From positions 1 through 42,758 of the forward strand of contig DDEP01000082.1 of NCBI GenBank assembly GCA_002336465.1: a stretch of DNA of 42,758 bases, read 5' to 3'. Position 1 is the stretch's first letter. The number at the start of each line of letters is the position of its first letter. Source of the DNA: Pedobacter sp. UBA1951 (lineage in GTDB: Bacteria; Bacteroidota; Bacteroidia; Sphingobacteriales; Sphingobacteriaceae). Of this stretch, positions 27,220 to 35,202 are shown in pieces. Position numbers and translations under genes: made by a program. Under the pieces are notes generated by a model, which worked only from the letters and a program-made list of their open reading frames with translations, was not told where the DNA came from and did no database searches.

Positions 27220-28932
27220 ATGAAGAAATTATTGACTTGTGGCCTTGTTTTTTCGGCCATATTTGGTCTGAACGCGGCAAAAGCACAAAATCAGCAAAAA
27301 TCGTATCTAGAACTTTTAAAAGACGAACCTAAATGGGTAGATTCTGTATTTAATCGTTTGAGCAAACGTCAAAAGATTGCACAGATGTTTTTTGTAAGAG
27401 CCCATACCAATATGCCTAAGGCTTTTCAAGATTCTATCGGAAAAGTTATCAAAAAAGAAAGAGTTGGTGGATTGATTTTCTTCCAAGGCGGCCCAGGTCG
27501 TCAGACTATTTTAACCAATCAATACCAAAAGAAAGCCAGAGTTCCTTTGTTGATCGCTTCTGATGGAGAATGGGGTTTAGGTATGCGCTTAGATAGTACT
27601 ATTTCATATCCATACCAAATGGCTTTAGGTGCTATACAGGATAAGCAATTAATTTACAAAATGGGACTTGAAGTAGCCAAAGATTATAAGAGAATTGGCA
27701 TGCACATGAACCTTGCACCCGATGTAGATGTAAATAACAATGCTAAAAACCCGGTTATCAACTATCGTTCTTTTGGCGAAAATAAATACAATGTAGCCGA
27801 AAAGGGAGCAGCTTATTTAAAAGGCATGCAAGATGGTGGATTAATGGTTAGCATTAAACACTTTCCAGGTCACGGCGATACAGATGTAGACTCACATTAT
27901 GACCTACCTCAGCTTAAATTTACTGCCGAGCGCTTAGATACTTTAGAGCTTTATCCTTTTAAAGAATTGATCAAGCAAGGTGCATCAGGTGTAATGATTG
28001 CACACATGAATATCCCTTCATTAGATCCAACACCAAATCTTCCCTCTACACTTTCTAAACCTATTGTTACTGGTCTTTTGAAAGAGAAATTAGGTTTTAA
28101 AGGAATTGTCATTTCTGATGCGATGGAAATGAAAGGTGTGGTAAAGTTTTTTAAAGATGGCGAAGCAGATGTAATGGGCGTAATTGCAGGTAACGATATT
28201 TTAGAACTATCTGAAAATAGCAAGCGGGCAATTAAAATGGTTAAAAAAGCGGTTAGAGAAGACCGTATTAGTATGGAGAGAATTGATGAAAGCGTAAAGA
28301 AAATCTTAACAGCTAAATATTGGGCAGGATTAAACAAAAATGTTTTTGTTGATGAGAATAATGTTTATGAAGGGGTTAACAGACCCGAAAGTTATACCTT
28401 ACTTAAGCAGCTGGCCGATGCCTGCATGACCTTGGTAAGAAACAATGGCTACCTTGAGCGACTTACGCCTAATAAAAGAACTGTGATCATCAACGTAGGC
28501 ACACCTGATGCAACAACTTTCCAGAAAGAGCTAAGCTCTTTCTACAAGAATTCCATTGTTTATAACATCGACAAAAATGCGAATGCCGCATCTATTGCTA
28601 CAGTAGTAAACAATATTCTGCCAGATGACCAAGTAATCATAGGCATTTTTGATACACGCACGCGTCCGGGAAACAACATTCCTTTAAACCAAGATGTTAA
28701 AGCTTTTATCGCAGATATGGCTAAAAAAGATGCAGGCTTTGCCTTATTTGCAAACCCTTACAATTTAGCAAACATTCCGGGCATTGAAAATGCAAAATCT
28801 CTCTTAGTTGCTTACCAGAAAGAAGATTACATGCAGAAATCTGCTGCTTCAGTGTTTAAAATTCAACTTATACCTACCGGGAAGTTACCAGTAACAGCCA
28901 ATGGTTATTTTAAATCAGGAGATGGCTTATAA
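27220..28932 (+). CDS. GH3 beta-N-acetylglucosaminidase (NagZ-like), secreted
   Basis: Signal peptide, DGEWG, RSFGE, KHFPGHGDTDVDSH signature, SDAMEM nucleophile motif. Confidence 0.9.
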   Translation: MKKLLTCGLVFSAIFGLNAAKAQNQQKSYLELLKDEPKWVDSVFNRLSKRQKIAQMFFVRAHTNMPKAFQDSIGKVIKKERVGGLIFFQGGPGRQTILTNQYQKKARVPLLIASDGEWGLGMRLDSTISYPYQMALGAIQDKQLIYKMGLEVAKDYKRIGMHMNLAPDVDVNNNAKNPVINYRSFGENKYNVAEKGAAYLKGMQDGGLMVSIKHFPGHGDTDVDSHYDLPQLKFTAERLDTLELYPFKELIKQGASGVMIAHMNIPSLDPTPNLPSTLSKPIVTGLLKEKLGFKGIVISDAMEMKGVVKFFKDGEADVMGVIAGNDILELSENSKRAIKMVKKAVREDRISMERIDESVKKILTAKYWAGLNKNVFVDENNVYEGVNRPESYTLLKQLADACMTLVRNNGYLERLTPNKRTVIINVGTPDATTFQKELSSFYKNSIVYNIDKNANAASIATVVNNILPDDQVIIGIFDTRTRPGNNIPLNQDVKAFIADMAKKDAGFALFANPYNLANIPGIENAKSLLVAYQKEDYMQKSAASVFKIQLIPTGKLPVTANGYFKSGDGL

Positions 28933-28936
28933 TGAC

Positions 28937-28970
28937 AAAAAAGGCGTCTGAAATTTCAGACGCCTTTTTT
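28937..28970. terminator. Bidirectional intrinsic terminator
   Basis: Perfect 34-bp palindrome AAAAAAGGCGTCTGAAA/TTTCAGACGCCTTTTTT between convergent genes. Confidence 0.9.
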
Positions 28971-29454
28971 ATTTTGCATCAACCGCAGCTACGGTCCAGT
29001 TCTTTAAGAAATCTAAAATCAGTTTTGGATCATGTCCACTTCCTTTTTCTAGATAAGCCGAATTCTGTATATGAATAACCTCTCCAGCTCCATTTAAAAT
29101 TACAAAAACAGGGAAACCAAAGCGACCCGGATTTTTCAATCGTTTCAACGTTTCTTCATTCTTGTTTTCCGGACTGTAATTCACCAACACCGTTTCGTAC
29201 TTTTCATTCAGGTAATTCTTTAATTCAGGAGTGGCATCAACCAAATCATGAAACCTGATGCACCATACACACCAATTACCGCCCACCTGAACAAATACAT
29301 TTTTATTTTCTTTCTTGGCTTTAGCTATTGCTTTATCCAAATCAGCCTTTGCATTGGCTTCTACATTGTAAATTTTAACTGGCTTATTTTCCGACTGCGC
29401 ATTGGCAATCAGCATGCTCATAACGCAAGTTAAAAGCAATAATATTCTTTTCAT
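28969..29454 (-). CDS. Exported thioredoxin-family protein
   Basis: Signal peptide from the ATG at 29454, GGNWCVWC, GFP cis-Pro loop. Confidence 0.88.
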   Translation of the reverse strand: MKRILLLLTCVMSMLIANAQSENKPVKIYNVEANAKADLDKAIAKAKKENKNVFVQVGGNWCVWCIRFHDLVDATPELKNYLNEKYETVLVNYSPENKNEETLKRLKNPGRFGFPVFVILNGAGEVIHIQNSAYLEKGSGHDPKLILDFLKNWTVAAVDAK

Positions 29455-29484
29455 TGTCTTCTGAATTTTAGGATAGTTAACATA

Positions 29485-29492
29485 CAAAAATA
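29485..29492 (-). promoter_or_regulatory. -7 box (TATTTTTG) for the thioredoxin-family gene
   Basis: Exact match 30 nt upstream of the ATG. Confidence 0.55.
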
Positions 29493-29589
29493 AGAAATCG
29501 GCATGGCTATTAACACCTACCTCTTGAATTTTACTTTTATCTGTAAATAATTTATTCCGTTGGTAAGATGGAGCTTATGAGGTTTTAGT

Positions 29590-29597
29590 TAGTTTTG
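29590..29597 (+). promoter_or_regulatory. -7 box (TAGTTTTG) for tatD-tcdA
   Basis: Exact match 9 nt before the ATG at 29607. Confidence 0.6.
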
Positions 29598-29606
29598 TAT
29601 CCTGTT

Positions 29607-30266
29607 ATGCCCGATTTTTTAGATATACATACGCACACTGCAAAACAAAGCAAAGACGTAATGGCTATACAAAGTCTTTCCGTTACAGAGAATATTTTTC
29701 TAGCCATGCCAAAAACAAGACCTATTTCTATTGGTATACATCCTTGGTATGGTAGTTTATCTGAGTTGCAAGTACACATGAAATATTTAGAAGTGCTGGC
29801 CAAACAGCAAAATGTTAGACTGATTGGAGAGTGTGGTTTGGATAAATTACAAGGGGCTCCTTTAAATGAGCAATTAGAAATCCTGATCCAACAAATACAG
29901 CTTGCTGTTCAATTGAACAAACCTTTAATTCTTCATTGTGTAAAAGCATTTGATGAACTGATTGCTTTAAAAAAGCAATTAAACCCATCCGTTCCAATGA
30001 TTATCCATGGCTTTGATAAAAAGGCTGAGCTGGCCCTACAGCTTATGCACAATGGTTTTTTGCTTTCTTTTGGTTCAGGGTTAATCAATCATCCATCAAC
30101 AGCATTTGCTTTTCAACAAACCAATGATGTATTTTTTCTGGAAACCGACGACAGCAACTTTGGCATAGAAGAAATTTACCAAAAGGCAGCAGAGTTAAAG
30201 AAAATAAGTACAGAACAGCTTAAAGATATTATTTTTGCCAACTGGAAAAAATTGAACTTATTATAG
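29607..30266 (+). CDS. tatD: TatD family metallo-hydrolase/DNase
   Basis: DIHTH, GIHPW, IGECGLD, ILHCVKA, IHGF, LETD. Confidence 0.9.
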   Translation: MPDFLDIHTHTAKQSKDVMAIQSLSVTENIFLAMPKTRPISIGIHPWYGSLSELQVHMKYLEVLAKQQNVRLIGECGLDKLQGAPLNEQLEILIQQIQLAVQLNKPLILHCVKAFDELIALKKQLNPSVPMIIHGFDKKAELALQLMHNGFLLSFGSGLINHPSTAFAFQQTNDVFFLETDDSNFGIEEIYQKAAELKKISTEQLKDIIFANWKKLNLL

Positions 30267-30310
30267 TTTAAACACAAAGCTTATTTTTTAGAATTATTCA
30301 ATAATTTAAA

Positions 30311-31108
30311 ATGTCTGATTTAGCATGGCTGTCACGTTCTGCCTTATTGGTAGGAGATGAAGGAATTGAAAAGTTGCAAACCAAACATGTTTTGGTGGTA
30401 GGTTTAGGAGGTGTGGGCTCATTTGCTGCCGAATTCATTTGCAGGAGTGGTGTAGGCGAAATGACCATTGTTGATGGTGATGTGGTTGATCCCAGTAACC
30501 GCAACAGGCAGTTACCTGCGCTCTCAACCAATCACGGTGTTGCCAAAGCAGAAATCATGCGTGAAAGATTATTGGCTATTAATCCCCAATTAAAGCTCCA
30601 TGTGGTTCAGGATTTCTTAACCCCGCAAAAATGTCGTGAGATTTTAGCCACCAAGTTCGATTATATCATGGATTGTATCGATAGCATTACGCCTAAAGTT
30701 ACCTTGCTATCAACTGCTCTACAATCTAATCTTCCTATTGTAAGCTCTATGGGGGCAGGCGGAAAATTAGACCCAACCAAACTCCGTGTAACTTATTTAA
30801 CAGACACATACCAATGTGTTTTTGCCCAATATGTTCGCAAACGCTTAAAAAAATTAGCGAATGCGAGTTCTATAAAAGCTGTTTTCTCTATTGAAGAAGT
30901 GATGAAGGAATCGCTTATCATGACCGATGGAAGTAACTTTAAAAGATCGGCTTATGGAACCATTTCTTATTTACCCGCTGCTTTTGGTGGTATTTGCGCT
31001 TCGGTGGTTATTCGCGATTTATTAGGCTATAAAGTAGATATTGAAAAAAGACCTGACCGCATCAATAAAAAATCAATTGCTAAGGCGAAGCAGAAAAAAG
31101 AAGCTTAG
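30311..31108 (+). CDS. tcdA: tRNA threonylcarbamoyladenosine dehydratase (ThiF/E1-like)
   Basis: GLGGVGS, SNRNRQ, DCIDS, SSMGAGGKLDPT. Confidence 0.9.
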   Translation: MSDLAWLSRSALLVGDEGIEKLQTKHVLVVGLGGVGSFAAEFICRSGVGEMTIVDGDVVDPSNRNRQLPALSTNHGVAKAEIMRERLLAINPQLKLHVVQDFLTPQKCREILATKFDYIMDCIDSITPKVTLLSTALQSNLPIVSSMGAGGKLDPTKLRVTYLTDTYQCVFAQYVRKRLKKLANASSIKAVFSIEEVMKESLIMTDGSNFKRSAYGTISYLPAAFGGICASVVIRDLLGYKVDIEKRPDRINKKSIAKAKQKKEA

Positions 31109-31177
31109 TCAAATTTTGTATTTGCTTACTGTAACAAGGAGCCCCGTTTATGATTCTAATAAACAAAATACGTTTAA

Positions 31178-31690
31178 ATGAAAACACAAATCTTCTTATC
31201 GTTAGCTTTAAGTTTCTCCTTATTCAACTTAGCCAAAGCACAGGTTCCTGATCAAGCATCTACTAAAAAAGAGCTTTCTTTTTTTATTGGTTCATGGTCT
31301 GGCAAAGGTGCTTTTTCAAGTGGAAAAAATATAGAAGCTAATTTAAATTTCAGCTTTACATTAGACAGTGCCTGGATTTATTATGAACATACAGACAAGC
31401 TGCCTAATAAATACAAAGCAAACTCTTTATGGGCTATAGACTCTAAAACCGGTCAAATGAGCAGCTATATTTTTGATAATTCTGGTGGAAGCCGAAAATT
31501 TACTGGAAATGGATTTATAGATAACAAACTCATCTTAAGCTATGAAAGTGAAACACCCAAAGGAACCGTTTTTCAGCATTTTATTTATGAAAAAACAGGA
31601 GAAAAAACCTTTAAAATGACCTATGAAGTAAGCACAGACAATCAAAAATGGCGAATGATTGATTATTTGGATTTTATAAAGACCACATAG
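31178..31690 (+). CDS. Secreted hypothetical protein, DUF1579/calycin-like beta-barrel
   Basis: Signal peptide; LSFFIGSWSGKG, FDNSGG, STDNQKW. Confidence 0.6.
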   Translation: MKTQIFLSLALSFSLFNLAKAQVPDQASTKKELSFFIGSWSGKGAFSSGKNIEANLNFSFTLDSAWIYYEHTDKLPNKYKANSLWAIDSKTGQMSSYIFDNSGGSRKFTGNGFIDNKLILSYESETPKGTVFQHFIYEKTGEKTFKMTYEVSTDNQKWRMIDYLDFIKTT

Positions 31691-31763
31691 ATTAACAAAA
31701 TCATAAGGTTGCATTTCATGTAATCATCAGTCTCATACTTCTAAGGAAAATCATACAGATTTA

Positions 31764-31936
31764 GTTAAGCTTAACGCGAGTTCTGTGTCCTCGGCATTAT
31801 ATCAGGCTTTTGTAAAAAGCCCTTAATACCACCTGTCATTGCCCGGCATAAGGGCAGGCAAGACTGTGGGGAGGAGGAGGGTTGTAAAAAGGATTTTAAG
31901 CAAATAAAAAGGCCCATAATTTACGTTAAGCTTAGC
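31764..31936. mobile_element. MITE-like element or structured ncRNA with 13-bp terminal inverted repeats
   Basis: GTTAAGCTTAACG (31764-31776) and CGTTAAGCTTAGC (31924-31936), 12/13 complementary; GC-richer non-coding interior; no clear target-site duplication. Confidence 0.5.
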
Positions 31937-31971
31937 AAATAATTGTAAGTTTAAAATCCGAAACTGATTTT

Positions 31972-34900
31972 ATGCCTAAACCCTTAAAAATCTTACAAGC
32001 TTCTGCCGGATCGGGTAAAACCTTTAGTCTTGCGGCACATTATCTTACCTTATTGTTCAGTAATGAGAACAAATACAGGGAAATATTGGCCGTAACCTTT
32101 ACCAATAAGGCTACCGAAGAGATGAAAACACGTATTCTTTCGGTATTAAAAGATTTGGCTCAAGGCAATGAAAAGGCAAAGGCATATCAAGATATCATCT
32201 TAAAAGCACACCCGCATCTTAACCCAGAAACACTAAAGCTAAAGGCCGACCTGATTTATCGCAAAATTCTGCATGATTACAGTCGTTTTGCCGTAAGTAC
32301 TATAGATGGGTTTGTGCAAAAAGTGATCAGAGGTTTTGCTTTTGAACTAGGTCTAAATGCCGATTATAATTTGGAAATGAATTATGATAAGGTTAAGGAT
32401 GAACTTGTAGCCAAGCTCGACAAAAATTTAGATCATAATAAGAATTTATTACAATGGATCATTGACCTAGCGCTTGAACGCATTAGCGAAAACAAAAGCT
32501 GGAATTATAAAGACGAATTATCGCGCCTTATAGGTGAGATTTTTAAAGAAAGTTTCGAAGTATTTGAAGAAGCATTGCACCAAACCGGGCTTGAGAATGT
32601 TGATGCACTTTTTAAGCAATATGTAACTATTACCAAAAAGCAGTTAAGCGATTATGAAAATGAGATTGTTTCAATAGGAGAAGAAGGTAATAAGCTATTT
32701 GAAAAGCATAATGTTACTGTAGATCTGCTCAAAGGAAAATCAAGAAATCCGCTATTAAAAATCAAACTGCTGGCCAATAAAAATTTCGAGAAAATTGGCG
32801 ACATCTTCAAAATGGAAGATGATCTTGATAATTGGTTTCAAAAAGGCACAGACTTACCTGATTTTTACCAAGAATTTAATGCACTGATTAAAAGACTAAG
32901 GATTTACCACGAAACCAATTTACCAGCTTACACCCTTGCAGTTGCATTTAACAAGAATCTGTATTATATGCGTATTATGCAGGAAGTTGCATTATTATTA
33001 AGCGAATACCGCAATGAGAATGACAACCTACTAATCAGTGACGCACAGAAACTAATTACCGGAATTACAGATGATGCCGGGGAAAACCCTTCTTTCATTT
33101 GGGAAAAAGTAGGTTCAAAATACCATAATTTCTTGTTCGATGAATTTCAGGACACTTCTGGTAGCCAATGGAAAAGTTTTAGGTCCTTACTTAAAAACGC
33201 AATGGCATCACCCAGTGAAAAGATGATCGATAATTTAATTGTGGGCGATACCAAGCAATCTATTTACCGTTGGCGTGGGGGCGATTGGAATATCCTATAC
33301 CAACAAGCTAAAAGTGATGTAGGTTTTGAACAGGTTTTGGAAGACAGTTTAGAGGAGAATTACCGCAGCACATCAAATATTATCCAGTTTAACAATTATC
33401 TATATCAATCCATTCCCCTACTGTTGCAAACGCAGCTCAACAATTTGCTCGCAGAAAATGCAGCACTTGAGCAATGGTGGCAGCAAATGGGTTTTAACCA
33501 GATCATTACTTCTATTTATAGCGGAGCCAGTCAGAATTTAGCTAACAGTACCAAATCTGGTGGCGTAATAAAAGTTAAACGATTTGGTAAAGAAGAAGAA
33601 AGCGGCCGTTATACCGAAACTGTATTTAGAGATCAGGTACTTACAGATGTTATCACAGAAATAAAAGACCTGATTTCAGTAAAGAAATACCAAGCAAGAG
33701 ATATTGCGATTTTGGTTCGTTCAAATGCCGAAGCCGAATTATGTGTAAACCATTTAATGGACGAAGGTATTCCGGTTTTATCTGGTGATGCGCTTTTGAT
33801 TGCCAGCAATTCAGCTATACAGTTGATTATTGATACGCTTAAAATTCTGGTGGGATTAAATGAGCAAACTGCATTATATAAAGCCAATGCTATTTCTTTA
33901 TATCATCATATCAAACAAAAAGAGGTTGATATCAGCCAGTATTTTGATTTAAAGTACAAAGACCTTTCACAGCTTGCAGATGTATTACCACAATCTTTAT
34001 GCGAGAACTGGCAAACTTGGTTACAGCTACCATTATCAGAATTAATTGAAAATTTGATTGAAAGCTATGGCATAGGTGAGGAAGAAATACATCTCCCCTA
34101 TTTATTAGCTTTTAGGGATCTTGCAGGACAAGCTACCAGATTAGGAGAAAAAGGTATTGTTTCTTTCTTAAAATGGTGGGACGAAGATGGCTGCAAGAAA
34201 TCATTGCCTTCTCCCGAAAAAGCAGAAGCCATACAAATCATTACCATACATAAATCTAAGGGATTAGCTTTTAGGGCTGTATTTGTTCCTTTCTGCTTAT
34301 GGAACCTAAAAACCAAATCAGACAGCATATTCTGGGTGCCGGCACATGAAACCGCATACCATAAATTAGGTGGTATGCCTTTACGCTTTAGCGATGCATT
34401 GGCCAACAGCAAAGTAGCCAAGTCTTATTTCGAGGAAGTATTATATAGTTGCATGGATAGTCTGAATATGTTATATGTTGCTACCACAAGAGCTATCGAT
34501 TATATGTACTTGGGTATTATGGATAAAACAGATCGCTCTAAGATTACTGCAATAGGCGATATTCTATCTAAATCTTTAACGGATCTAGATCTATCTTTTG
34601 ATGAAACTAACGAGTACATCATTGATGAATACGTAGCTTCTGCAGGGGATGGTGAAGAAAAACAATTGATTAAATTAGCGCAATATCCTACAACAGATCG
34701 TTTATCCGAATTATATGTTCCTCCACAGGAGAAACATTTGAAGCACATTCTGAACATCGAAAAATCGGGAAGGAAAGGCTCTATCTTACATGATATTTTA
34801 GCTAATGCCAATACAGAAATTGGGGTTGAGAATTATCTTTGGAAGTTACTGATCGATGGCGACATCACTTCAGACGAAAAGGATAAATTAAAAACAGATG

Positions 34901-35187
34901 TATTAGAAGTACTCAATCATCCTGAATTAAAGGAACTGTTTGCTGGTTCTTCATCGCACATCATTGAGCAGAATATTATCGATGTAAATGGTAAAATTCA
35001 TCGCCCAGACAGGATTATGATAAAAGCAGATCAGGTTATTATCCTTGATTATAAGTTTACGCTTGCAAAAAGCGATTTACACATAGAACAGCTCGAAACA
35101 TACAAAGAACTTTTGAAACAAATGGGTTATGAACGCATCCGCTCTTACCTGTTTTATGCCATAACTAAAGAATTAACAGAGGTTTAA
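31972..35187 (+). CDS. addA: UvrD-family helicase/nuclease, AddA-like
   Basis: ASAGSGKT, TFTNKAT, FDEFQDTS, VGDTKQSIYRWRGG, TIHKSKG, YVATTRA; C-terminal RPDRI...LDYK nuclease. Confidence 0.9.
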   Translation: MPKPLKILQASAGSGKTFSLAAHYLTLLFSNENKYREILAVTFTNKATEEMKTRILSVLKDLAQGNEKAKAYQDIILKAHPHLNPETLKLKADLIYRKILHDYSRFAVSTIDGFVQKVIRGFAFELGLNADYNLEMNYDKVKDELVAKLDKNLDHNKNLLQWIIDLALERISENKSWNYKDELSRLIGEIFKESFEVFEEALHQTGLENVDALFKQYVTITKKQLSDYENEIVSIGEEGNKLFEKHNVTVDLLKGKSRNPLLKIKLLANKNFEKIGDIFKMEDDLDNWFQKGTDLPDFYQEFNALIKRLRIYHETNLPAYTLAVAFNKNLYYMRIMQEVALLLSEYRNENDNLLISDAQKLITGITDDAGENPSFIWEKVGSKYHNFLFDEFQDTSGSQWKSFRSLLKNAMASPSEKMIDNLIVGDTKQSIYRWRGGDWNILYQQAKSDVGFEQVLEDSLEENYRSTSNIIQFNNYLYQSIPLLLQTQLNNLLAENAALEQWWQQMGFNQIITSIYSGASQNLANSTKSGGVIKVKRFGKEEESGRYTETVFRDQVLTDVITEIKDLISVKKYQARDIAILVRSNAEAELCVNHLMDEGIPVLSGDALLIASNSAIQLIIDTLKILVGLNEQTALYKANAISLYHHIKQKEVDISQYFDLKYKDLSQLADVLPQSLCENWQTWLQLPLSELIENLIESYGIGEEEIHLPYLLAFRDLAGQATRLGEKGIVSFLKWWDEDGCKKSLPSPEKAEAIQIITIHKSKGLAFRAVFVPFCLWNLKTKSDSIFWVPAHETAYHKLGGMPLRFSDALANSKVAKSYFEEVLYSCMDSLNMLYVATTRAIDYMYLGIMDKTDRSKITAIGDILSKSLTDLDLSFDETNEYIIDEYVASAGDGEEKQLIKLAQYPTTDRLSELYVPPQEKHLKHILNIEKSGRKGSILHDILANANTEIGVENYLWKLLIDGDITSDEKDKLKTDVLEVLNHPELKELFAGSSSHIIEQNIIDVNGKIHRPDRIMIKADQVIILDYKFTLAKSDLHIEQLETYKELLKQMGYERIRSYLFYAITKELTEV

Positions 35188-35202
35188 TTATCAGCTCAAC
35201 CC

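Noticed and set aside
31764-31936. Assignment as SRP RNA, RNase P RNA, tmRNA or a known riboswitch
   Set aside because: I could not find the conserved sequence signatures of these RNAs by eye; kept only as an unassigned element.
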